Below are positions 48,363-57,023 of a stretch of 64,000 nucleotides of DNA, in pieces. Position numbers and translations under genes: made by a program. Every line of letters starts with the position of its first letter. Position 1 is the stretch's first letter. Source of the stretch: Armatimonadota bacterium (GTDB taxonomy: Bacteria; Armatimonadota; Fimbriimonadia; Fimbriimonadales; GBS-DC); the NCBI GenBank assembly GCA_013359125.1, contig JABWCR010000014.1, forward strand, positions 3,431 through 67,430, read 5' to 3'. A model generated the notes under the pieces. The model ran no database searches. It saw only the letters and a list, made by a program, of their open reading frames with translations, and was not told where the DNA came from.

Positions 48363-48785
48363 GTGAGGCTCCGCGAATTCGTTAGCGACCACCTAAACAG
48401 CCTTTTCACCGCGCTCAAGGCCTCACAAGCCCCGCCGATCGGAGAGTGTGACGAGGCTCAGTTGAAGGAGTGTCTTCGCAGAGGGCGAGTCCAAACCGGC
48501 ACAGTCCGATATCGGCCTATGGCCGTGCAATTCGAGTTCATTTTTCAAGACCCATCGCTCGGACCGGCCGTGCTTACGGTAACTGTAGAAACCCCGGAAC
48601 CGATCGTCTATATGCCAGTGCCCGATTGGGTTCAAGAAGAGGTCTGGCAAGGCGAGGTGGGCGGTACTTTTCGCTTCAGGAGCGAGGCCGAACAGATGAT
48701 CGAGCAGTTCGCCGCATCGACGCTCAGCACGGATCAGAACGCCGTCTGGTTTGAGGAACGGCAGAGGGCCAAAAGGCGCGAATGA
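48363..48785 (+). CDS. Hypothetical small protein
   Basis: The ORF ends in an ATGA overlap with the M16 peptidase gene, suggesting translational coupling. The start is inferred from the -10 spacing. No motif recognised. Confidence 0.45.
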   Translation: MRLREFVSDHLNSLFTALKASQAPPIGECDEAQLKECLRRGRVQTGTVRYRPMAVQFEFIFQDPSLGPAVLTVTVETPEPIVYMPVPDWVQEEVWQGEVGGTFRFRSEAEQMIEQFAASTLSTDQNAVWFEERQRAKRRE

Positions 48786-50080
48786 CGCTGTACGATTCTA
48801 AGTACCGCCTTAAGTTCGAGCAGGGCGAGCTTCCCAACGGTTTGCGCTTTGTGTTTGCGCCCGACGACGGCGCCCCGGTCGCAGCCTCTGTGCTTCTCTA
48901 TGATGTCGGCGCTCGAAACGAAGACCCGGGCAAGACGGGGTTTGCCCACCTGTTCGAGCATATGATGTTCCAAGGCTCTGCGAACGTGCCGCGCGAGATG
49001 CACTTTAAGCATGTAGAGGCGAACGGAGGCGTTTGCAACGCCTTCACCTCCTTTGATGTAACCGTCTACTTTGAATTGATGCCGTCGTCTAAGTTGCCGT
49101 TGGCGCTCTGGCTAGAGGCGGATCGGATGCAGTCGCTCGACCTGAGTCAACAGAACTTGGACAATCAGCGGGCTGTTGTCAAGGAGGAGCGCCGCCTAGC
49201 GGTAGACAACAAGCCTTACGCCCCTGCCAGAGAGCGACTGCGCGAAATCGCTTACGATTCCTTTGCCAATCAGCATTCGATCATTGGCTACATGGAAGAC
49301 ATCGACCGCGCAAGCCTCAGCGAGTTTCAGGAGTTCTTTCGAACGTATTATGCGCCGAACAATGCGCTGCTTGTGGTAGCGGGAAGCTTTGACCCTCGGG
49401 ATGCAATGAAGCTGATCGAAGAGCTCTTCGGCGGCGCTTCCAGACGGCCAGACCCGCGGCCGCCCGATGTCAACGAGTCTAATAGGAGCGCCGAGCGCAG
49501 AGAGACGATCCATGATCCCTTGGCTAACGTGCCGGGATTGGCCGTCGCATGGAAGGCGCCCGACCGCTCGCATCCCGACGCCGAGGCACTCTCGATGGCG
49601 GCAGAGATACTGTTCGGCGGATCGGCCTCACGGATTTATCAGCGTCTTGTCAAAAAGGACGCACTCGCAGTCAGCGTCTCGGGCTATCTGGAGATGCGGC
49701 GAGGGCCGAGTTTGTTTCACTTCTTTGCGCTTCATCGTCCAGACGTCGATCCCACCGATATAGAACGCGCGGTTTACGATGAGTTTGCCAACTTCGCCCT
49801 CAACGGCCCGAACGATCAGGAGGTCGAGCGGGCACGGGCCAGAGTGCTGGCACAGAGGCTGGGAGGGTTGTCCATTTATGGGTTGCAATCGCCGCTTGGC
49901 AAGGCGCTGGCGCTGGGAGAGGCGGGCCTGTTCGATGGCGATCCGGATCAGGCCAATCTGCGGCTAGACCGAGCCCTGACTTTGACGCCGAGCAGCATGA
50001 AAGAGGCTGTCGCACGGTGGTTGATCGATGATGGCGAGCGAGCGACGCTGCACATTGGCGCTGGGGAGGGAGGATCGTGA
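48782..50080 (+). CDS. M16-family zinc peptidase (pitrilysin-like), catalytic subunit
   Basis: The inverted zinc motif HLFEHMMFQGS (HxxEH). Confidence 0.9.
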   Translation: MTLYDSKYRLKFEQGELPNGLRFVFAPDDGAPVAASVLLYDVGARNEDPGKTGFAHLFEHMMFQGSANVPREMHFKHVEANGGVCNAFTSFDVTVYFELMPSSKLPLALWLEADRMQSLDLSQQNLDNQRAVVKEERRLAVDNKPYAPARERLREIAYDSFANQHSIIGYMEDIDRASLSEFQEFFRTYYAPNNALLVVAGSFDPRDAMKLIEELFGGASRRPDPRPPDVNESNRSAERRETIHDPLANVPGLAVAWKAPDRSHPDAEALSMAAEILFGGSASRIYQRLVKKDALAVSVSGYLEMRRGPSLFHFFALHRPDVDPTDIERAVYDEFANFALNGPNDQEVERARARVLAQRLGGLSIYGLQSPLGKALALGEAGLFDGDPDQANLRLDRALTLTPSSMKEAVARWLIDDGERATLHIGAGEGGS

Positions 50081-51372
50081 GCGCCTTTCCGACTTCGCCT
50101 CCGCCCGACTTAGAATCCAAGGCGTTCGTACTGCCGGAGCCGATCAACATGGCTCTATCGGGCGGCACAAGGCTTAAGTTCGTGCGGAACGAGCAGGCGC
50201 CCATGATCATCTTGCGCGTCATCGTCCGCTCTGCGGCAGAGCATTGCGCCGAACCGTTCGGGCTAGCGGCTGCGGTCGCACGGCTGATCGCATCGGGCAC
50301 TAGCGGCAAGTCGAGCTTTGAGATCGCCGACGAGGCTAATCGATATGGCGGCGGCGTCAGCGCCTCCGCATCGAGCGATTACGCCGTTCTGTCCATTAGT
50401 TGTCTCAGCGCCTACTTGGATCCCATGATGAAGTTGGCCGGGGAAGTCCTCAGCAATTCGAATTACCCCGAGAACGAGGTCGAGATCGACCGTGCGAACT
50501 TGATCCAAAGGCTGCGCGCGCAACGAGCCGAGCCAGGCTTTCTGGCTGCAGAGAAATATGCCCAAGCAGCCTATCCAGGACATCCTTATAGCATGGTCTC
50601 GCCTTCCGAAGAGGACGTCCTCCAATGGACGGCAGAACAGATGCGCGAGGCACGGCAAGCGCTTTTCCGTTCGGGCGCCTCTAATGCGATCATCGTTGCC
50701 GTTGGCGATGCAGAGCCTGAGAATCTAAAGGCCGCGATCGAGCGCCATTGGTCAAACTGGTTAGCGAGCACGACAGAACCAGAAGATTTCATCCAACCCA
50801 TGCTGCCCAACGAATCTGGCGAGATTTGGGTTCAGAGGCCGCGATCCGCTCAGTGCAATCTCAGAATCGGCTGCCGCGCGCCGACGCGCACCGACGACGA
50901 GTTCACCCCGCTCAACATAGCAACGGTCGTGCTTGGAGGTTCCGCCAGCTCTCGCCTCTTTCTGAACGTCCGAGAAGATCTCGGCTACGCCTATCACGTT
51001 GGCGCCCGTTTGAGCACGCGCCTCAAAGCCGGTTCAATGATCGTCGAGGCCGAAACGGCCCAAGAGAACGTCCGCCATGCTATCCAAGAGATTCATCGCG
51101 AAATCAATCGTATGGCAAACGACGGGCCGACCGAACAAGAACTCTCGACCATCAAGGCCTATATGACCGGACAGTTGGCCATGCGCTGGATCACCCAGGG
51201 CGGGATCGCCGACACGCTTTTGGTCAGCGAAGCCTTTGGTCTGCCCGACGACTATTGGCAGACGCAACCCGAACGAATTCGGCAGACAACGGCCGAACAA
51301 GCCCGCCAAGCCTTTGCCAATCGCCTCGATCTAGATCGCTTAATCACCGTCGGCGTAGGCGAATCGCTGTGA
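50077..51372 (+). CDS. M16-family peptidase, non-catalytic partner (no HxxEH)
   Basis: Same length and domain layout as the upstream M16 gene, with a GTGA start/stop overlap, but the zinc motif is absent. Confidence 0.85.
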   Translation: MSAFPTSPPPDLESKAFVLPEPINMALSGGTRLKFVRNEQAPMIILRVIVRSAAEHCAEPFGLAAAVARLIASGTSGKSSFEIADEANRYGGGVSASASSDYAVLSISCLSAYLDPMMKLAGEVLSNSNYPENEVEIDRANLIQRLRAQRAEPGFLAAEKYAQAAYPGHPYSMVSPSEEDVLQWTAEQMREARQALFRSGASNAIIVAVGDAEPENLKAAIERHWSNWLASTTEPEDFIQPMLPNESGEIWVQRPRSAQCNLRIGCRAPTRTDDEFTPLNIATVVLGGSASSRLFLNVREDLGYAYHVGARLSTRLKAGSMIVEAETAQENVRHAIQEIHREINRMANDGPTEQELSTIKAYMTGQLAMRWITQGGIADTLLVSEAFGLPDDYWQTQPERIRQTTAEQARQAFANRLDLDRLITVGVGESL

Positions 51373-51446
51373 GCGCGGGTAAGATTCACGGTCTTGGAAC
51401 ATTTTCCGCGCAATGCCGGTCAAACCACTCAGGGCAGAGCGAATCC

Positions 51447-52286
51447 ATGCCTGCCTTACCGCTTGCCAGGGGGTATAGCGCTTTGAAAAAGGGATTTACA
51501 CTGACCGAACTGTTAGTCGTGATCGCCATCATCTCCATCCTCGCGGCGATCATCTTTCCGGTCTTTAGTTCTGTAAGGGAAAACGCTCGACGAACCACCT
51601 GCGCTTCCAATCTGAACCAAATCTACGTCGCCTTTGAAACGTACCGCCTGGACTATGGCGGCCAAGCGCCGCCCGCGCTGTTCGGTTACGTCTTGGGCCA
51701 AGGCAACAGTTGCGCGGTTCAAGCGCCCAACATGGACCAGCTTCCCAACAACGAGTTTCTGCGCCACTACCTCAAGAACAGCGCGATCTTTCAGTGCCCC
51801 AATAATCCAACGAACGATCGGGGTCTGCTGGGCACGGCAGTCTATCCCGCAGGACATGCTTTGGCGGGGCAGACCGTTAGAGAAGACCCCTTTGACAACA
51901 GCAGCCCGGTCAAGTGCTTCTATCAAGCCAATTCGTACGACACAGGCCGACGTTTGGACACCAGCCAACTCGAGTTGCGATATACGCTCTTTTGGTCTAA
52001 CGAGGCCCTCAACGGGGTCGAAAACCAACTGAACGGCGGCACGACCACCTATGGCCTGGGCTATTACGATCCGCCGGTCGGCGGCAAGCCCAGCGATACG
52101 CCAAGGCAATTGGGTTATCGTAAGAAAGAGCCTAGCGCTGTGATCACATGGTGCACCCACCATCGAAAGTTCACCAATTCGCAAGTCAACAAAGGCAAGG
52201 ACGATCTGGTCCTCTTTGCGAGCGGCAACGTTGCTCGATTCGACTCCGCGACCCTGACGGACAATCCTTATAATAGGCGGCCCTAA
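51447..52286 (+). CDS. Prepilin-type N-terminal cleavage/methylation domain protein (DUF1559-like small pilin)
   Basis: KKG|FTLTELLVVIAIISILAAIIFPVF is a class III signal with Glu5. The part of the listed ORF upstream of 51447 overlaps the M16 gene and is discarded. An alternative start is the TTG at 51483 (giving MKKGFTL). Confidence 0.85.
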   Translation: MPALPLARGYSALKKGFTLTELLVVIAIISILAAIIFPVFSSVRENARRTTCASNLNQIYVAFETYRLDYGGQAPPALFGYVLGQGNSCAVQAPNMDQLPNNEFLRHYLKNSAIFQCPNNPTNDRGLLGTAVYPAGHALAGQTVREDPFDNSSPVKCFYQANSYDTGRRLDTSQLELRYTLFWSNEALNGVENQLNGGTTTYGLGYYDPPVGGKPSDTPRQLGYRKKEPSAVITWCTHHRKFTNSQVNKGKDDLVLFASGNVARFDSATLTDNPYNRRP

Positions 52287-52462
52287 TCGAAGGCAGGATA
52301 ACCGGCCTAAGAAACCGAAAATAAACTGTGGAACAAAATCGCCTTTCAGAATGTCGAAGAGAGAAAAGCGGCGTCGCGAACGCAGGGCCGATCGCGATGC
52401 CGCGCGTCCGTTCGACAAACCGAGAGGCACGGATCAAGAAACTAACTGTGCCGGGGGCAGCA

Positions 52463-53299
52463 ATGAAAAAAGGGTTTACCTTGACAGAACTTTTGGTCGT
52501 TGTTTTTATCGTAACCGTGCTCGCGGCCATCATCTTTCCTGTTGCGGCCTCTGTTCGCGAGCGCGCTCGACGAAGCTCCACCCTGTCCAACCTTCAACAG
52601 ATCTACATCGCCATCCAGCAGTACAAACTGGACGAGCAGGCTTTTCCGCCCGCGCTCTTCAACTACATCGTCGATACTAACGGCGTCGGCTGCGGCAACA
52701 TTGCGGCGCCCCCCATCGATCATGTGGATACAACGGGGTTCTTAAAGCCCTATCTAAGATCGACCGAGGTGTTCCATTCGCTCAACAGTCCATACGACGA
52801 TCGGCGCATTTTGACCGAGGTCTACTACCCGCAAGGGCATGCATTGGCGGGTCGCATGGTGCGGGTCGACCCCTTGGATAATTCGAGCCCGCCTCTTTGC
52901 TACTACCGTTACGACAGCATGAACATCGGGCACAATCCGGGCGCCAGCCGCTTTGAACTGCGATATAGCCTTTTCTGGAGCAACAGCGCGCTCAATCAAA
53001 CGGAGAATAGACTCGGAGGCGACCCGAACGGCGCCCAACCGTATGGCGACGGCTTTTGGGACGCGCCGGTCGGCATGAAGCGCACCGACACGCCGCGCCA
53101 ATTGGGCTACAAAAACCCCGATGACTCCACCGTTATCACCTGGTGCAGTTATCACCGAACTTATAGCGGCGGTACGCCTAACTTGGGCAGAGACGACTTA
53201 GCGCTGTTCTTGAACGGCACAGCCAAATCCGTGAGCACGCGGGATGCCGCCGTTAACAGCATAGACATGTTCAACGCGCCTTACAACGTCCGACCGTAA
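52463..53299 (+). CDS. Prepilin-type N-terminal cleavage/methylation domain protein, tandem paralog
   Basis: MKKG|FTLTELLVVVFIVTVLAAIIFPVA. It is collinear with the upstream paralog along its whole length (RYSLFWSN.ALN..EN.L, VITWC..HR). Confidence 0.85.
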   Translation: MKKGFTLTELLVVVFIVTVLAAIIFPVAASVRERARRSSTLSNLQQIYIAIQQYKLDEQAFPPALFNYIVDTNGVGCGNIAAPPIDHVDTTGFLKPYLRSTEVFHSLNSPYDDRRILTEVYYPQGHALAGRMVRVDPLDNSSPPLCYYRYDSMNIGHNPGASRFELRYSLFWSNSALNQTENRLGGDPNGAQPYGDGFWDAPVGMKRTDTPRQLGYKNPDDSTVITWCSYHRTYSGGTPNLGRDDLALFLNGTAKSVSTRDAAVNSIDMFNAPYNVRP

Positions 53300-53331
53300 A
53301 TCGGCCCGAGGACAAGAGGAGATCCGAAAAG

Positions 53332-55128
53332 ATGAAGCATCGAAGCGCAGAACGAGGAACCACGCTGATCGAAATTCTCGTGGTCATCGTCATCTTGCTG
53401 GTCGGAATCTTCGCGTTCGTTCGCCTTTTGCCCACTGGCTTCTTCATACTTCAGCAGTCTGGCGAAGCAGGAAACGCAGGACGCTTGGCTCAGAGCGAAC
53501 TGGAGAGACTAAAGGCCCAGCCCCAGAACTTAGCCTCTGCAATTCTCCCTGTTAAGTTCGAACAGGACGCTCAGGGCAACTGGGGACAGGTCATCGATAT
53601 GGACGCCGAGCCGGACCGCATGGTTTTCGACGACTCCTATCTGCCCGCCTATTACAGGCAGTACGCGACGGGCGCAAATCGATTTCGAGCCATTCGAGGC
53701 GAGCGCGTCAACGTGCCCCTGCCCGGACCGACAAACGTTGGACTGGGCTGCGTCTACATGACTTCGTTCGCGCCCATCGTCGAGGACCCGCCAAGCGCGA
53801 TCAGCTCCAATCTGTTGCTCTACTCGGATCCGATGCGGCGCAACGTGATGGAGTACGACACCTCTCGATTTCCTCGGTTGAGGCCGTTTGAGTACGGTAT
53901 CGATTACGACGAGGCCAAAATACTCTTGCGTCCCCGAGCCGACTTCGCCGTATCGTACAAAATCGACTTTGCCTTCTATCAGCAGGTCAACGGAGCGGTT
54001 ACCGTCGTCTTCTCACAGCAGACGGCTCTCTTAAATCCTACGGGCAATCCGAGAATCACAGCGGTTTGGGGCGATCTGGAGTACAACGGCCAGCCGGTTG
54101 CCACCGTCCCAGGCTTTATCGGCATCGTCCCCGATAGCGATGTGGCCGCAAGGCTGTTCGATCGATTGGGCAACTTTACGGCTTGGGCTGCGGACTATCC
54201 CTACCAATACAAAGTGGTCAACCACGCCTTGGGACTTGTTATCATGAATCCGGCGGCGTCCGGCTACTACGAGCGGTACGGCAATGGGCTAAGACCCCTC
54301 AGAGCCAATGTCGATTACATCGTGCGAGACTGGCGGATTATTCGCGAAGATCGCCAAGTGCCCAACCGCCGCATCGTCAAGCTCACTTTCAGCAATGTCA
54401 AGAAGAGCGGCGACCTGCAGAACGACCAGACGACTTACGCCGGCCTAGCCATTACGCCGGACGGCCAACTGATCAGCGGCACCGAGGACGTGCTGATCAT
54501 CAACACCGAGGACGGCGGCGTGGCCAAGTCGGGCTATCAGGTCGACTATCGAACGGGCGAAGTGCGCTTTGATCAGAACGTCGATTTTGTTCGCGTTCGA
54601 TTCGATAATAACACTCTTCAAAGGATGTTCGAGCCTTATACGGCAGATCTGAACGCGCAAACGCTTACTCTACGATTTCTTTATCGAGTGGAGAACGACT
54701 GGGCGATGTCTGCGCAGAAATCGACCGAGAGTTTTACTCCATCCTATTCGCCCGCGATCAACTTCGATCAGTGTTACATCAGCGACAGTTCGCCGCAACT
54801 GTTCTTTAGGCTTTGCGAAGCGGGCAAGACGGTCGTGCTGAGAGAGTATTTCTATCGGGACGACAAGGGCAACATCCATAGGGCGGCCAATGGAATCTTT
54901 AAGATCACGAACAATCCCGCCCTCTACCAGACCAACGGCGCCATTCGGCTAGCGCCCCTCGATCTGAGAGAGAGACATCCCAATGCGGTCGCTTGGGCGC
55001 CGGAACCGACAGGACTGCCGGTGCGCGGCGTGCAGGGCGTCTCTCTGCGAGTGCGCATGAGTTGGCAGCCGCCAGGACAACGAATCAAAAGACAAGATTT
55101 CGATACTTTGCTGGTTCGAGAGCAGTAA
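53332..55128 (+). CDS. Very large pseudopilin-like protein (598 aa) with a class III signal
   Basis: ERG|TTLIEILVVIVILLVGIFAF (Gly-1, Glu5). SD AGAGGAG. Confidence 0.8.
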   Translation: MKHRSAERGTTLIEILVVIVILLVGIFAFVRLLPTGFFILQQSGEAGNAGRLAQSELERLKAQPQNLASAILPVKFEQDAQGNWGQVIDMDAEPDRMVFDDSYLPAYYRQYATGANRFRAIRGERVNVPLPGPTNVGLGCVYMTSFAPIVEDPPSAISSNLLLYSDPMRRNVMEYDTSRFPRLRPFEYGIDYDEAKILLRPRADFAVSYKIDFAFYQQVNGAVTVVFSQQTALLNPTGNPRITAVWGDLEYNGQPVATVPGFIGIVPDSDVAARLFDRLGNFTAWAADYPYQYKVVNHALGLVIMNPAASGYYERYGNGLRPLRANVDYIVRDWRIIREDRQVPNRRIVKLTFSNVKKSGDLQNDQTTYAGLAITPDGQLISGTEDVLIINTEDGGVAKSGYQVDYRTGEVRFDQNVDFVRVRFDNNTLQRMFEPYTADLNAQTLTLRFLYRVENDWAMSAQKSTESFTPSYSPAINFDQCYISDSSPQLFFRLCEAGKTVVLREYFYRDDKGNIHRAANGIFKITNNPALYQTNGAIRLAPLDLRERHPNAVAWAPEPTGLPVRGVQGVSLRVRMSWQPPGQRIKRQDFDTLLVREQ

Positions 55129-55162
55129 CCCGCGCCGGAACATCCAGCGGGTAGAAGAGGTC

Positions 55163-57022
55163 ATGAATAAGGAGCGATCGATGCGGAGCGTCAACAAATG
55201 GAGAGCCGGGTTCACCTTGGTAGAACTGCTGGTGGTCATTGCGATCACCGCCATTCTGCTGGGCCTGCTGTTAGGCCCGCTGGTTACCGGCTTCAATCTG
55301 ACGCGCAAGAGCCAAGCCGTCATCCAGGCGCAAAACTCCGCCCGTTTGGCCATGGAGACGGTCGAGCGCGAGCTTCGCAGCGCAGCCTATATCTTTGACA
55401 ACTTCGACCGTCGTCTTAGAATTTGGGCGCGAGACGGCGCCGGAAACATGGTCTACAGCGACGAGCCTTTCTGCATTATCGACCTTGCGCCGCCAGCGCG
55501 AGGCAACCCGGTCGCGCCCTCTAACGATCCCACGACCGACGTGCCGACCGGCGAGATCAATCTTCCGCTGGCCGCCGGCCGCGTGATGGTGCGCTACTTT
55601 ATCGGCCTGCAGGACAACCGCTCGGCGATGAACAATGGCGTCTGGATGCCCGTCCGAGGCTATGTCAACGGCTTTGAAAGCAACTTCGTCGCCGCCGGAC
55701 AAGACGACAACCTCTACCTCTTGTATCGAGCCGAGTTTCCAATCTATCGCGAGGACGGCTCGCTGAACACCGACCTTTTTGTGGACGCCGATAACGACAA
55801 CATACCGGACGACTTCGACGATCCGAACTTTTTCTACGGTCCGAATTGGCAGAACTGGCAGCGCGTCGCCCAACCGGTAGTCGCCGCTCAACGAGCCGAC
55901 ATGATCACGCTCAAAGTCGATCCTAACGGTGCCATCACCGAGTTCAATCCGCTCATGCAGTTCAGGCCGGTCGAGGTCAAAGGCCAGACGGCCGCGCCGA
56001 TCTCGGACAATTCGCTGAGCGACGAAATGGGCGATCAGGCCGCGCCGACCCAGTTCCGACTGCCGCACGGCTCCTGGGCCAACAAATTTGATATGGCGAT
56101 CTATCGAAGTTCGCCCGACGCCAACCCGGCAGCCAACCAGACTCGCGAGCTTTTCTACACCTCGCGCGAGCCGAACGGCTGGATGCTCTATCACTGGATT
56201 CAGCCTGCAGGCGCGCCTAACGGCACAGCCGAGCGAGTCGCTAACCTCACTGAGTTCAAAAGATGGTTTTTGGGCGGGCCGACGCCGACCATGCCGCCTA
56301 ATCTTTGGAACCAGATGGACGTTTCCACCACTCAAGAGCCGACCATCTTCTTGGTGGACGAAGGCAATGGGATGCTCCAGTTCGACATTCCCTCATGGCT
56401 CTTCGCACCGAACGGATTTGTCTACGACACGGACGTTATCAACCAGCGATATGTCGATGCGATCGCGCTGGATCCCGACAACGCGCCCAACATTCGCCGG
56501 TTCGTCAGCCTGATCGATTCCGACGATAACGGAACGATCGACAACCCAAGAGGCAACAACCGAAACCCGGTCGCCTACTACAGCGCCGGGGTCGTACCCG
56601 GCTCGGAACTCGTGATCGGGCCGGATCAGAGCGCAGGACCGCACTTTGGCCGACCCATCCGCTACACTCGAGTTGCCTACAATTCGATGTCGGTCGGGCC
56701 CAACCAGTATCGCGTTCGATATCAAGATTTGATCACCAATGCGGCCGCGCCCGAGTTCAACCAGCCGAGATTTCGTCGCGGCTACATCGAATTTACCAGC
56801 GACCCGGCCACGCCGTTGCCATCGGGAGAGATCGTTGTAACGTTCTCCTTTCAGCTCAATCGAAAGAGCGACACGGTCGTCGTGGACTATGTTACTCGAC
56901 AAGCCCTCAACGTCTCGATGTCGATCAAGGTGTACGACCCCGGCTCGGGCGACGCTATGTACTATGCCCTCAACACCAACATCGAACAGCCGAATCTGAT
57001 CCGAATCATGGGAGAGAGATAG
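55163..57022 (+). CDS. Very large PilW/GspJ-like pseudopilin (about 613-619 aa)
   Basis: RAG|FTLVELLVVIAITAILLGLL followed by ARLAMETVERELRSA. The ATG at 55181 has a better SD (AAGGAG) than the one at 55163. Confidence 0.8.
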   Translation: MNKERSMRSVNKWRAGFTLVELLVVIAITAILLGLLLGPLVTGFNLTRKSQAVIQAQNSARLAMETVERELRSAAYIFDNFDRRLRIWARDGAGNMVYSDEPFCIIDLAPPARGNPVAPSNDPTTDVPTGEINLPLAAGRVMVRYFIGLQDNRSAMNNGVWMPVRGYVNGFESNFVAAGQDDNLYLLYRAEFPIYREDGSLNTDLFVDADNDNIPDDFDDPNFFYGPNWQNWQRVAQPVVAAQRADMITLKVDPNGAITEFNPLMQFRPVEVKGQTAAPISDNSLSDEMGDQAAPTQFRLPHGSWANKFDMAIYRSSPDANPAANQTRELFYTSREPNGWMLYHWIQPAGAPNGTAERVANLTEFKRWFLGGPTPTMPPNLWNQMDVSTTQEPTIFLVDEGNGMLQFDIPSWLFAPNGFVYDTDVINQRYVDAIALDPDNAPNIRRFVSLIDSDDNGTIDNPRGNNRNPVAYYSAGVVPGSELVIGPDQSAGPHFGRPIRYTRVAYNSMSVGPNQYRVRYQDLITNAAAPEFNQPRFRRGYIEFTSDPATPLPSGEIVVTFSFQLNRKSDTVVVDYVTRQALNVSMSIKVYDPGSGDAMYYALNTNIEQPNLIRIMGER

Positions 57023-57023
57023 G

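Noticed and set aside
50748-51446. N-terminal 233 codons of the listed 512-aa ORF 50748-52286.
   Set aside because: This part overlaps the second M16 peptidase gene in another frame and is Arg/Ser/Pro-rich. The pilin signal sequence (KKGFTLTELL) begins only after the ATG at 51447 or the TTG at 51483.
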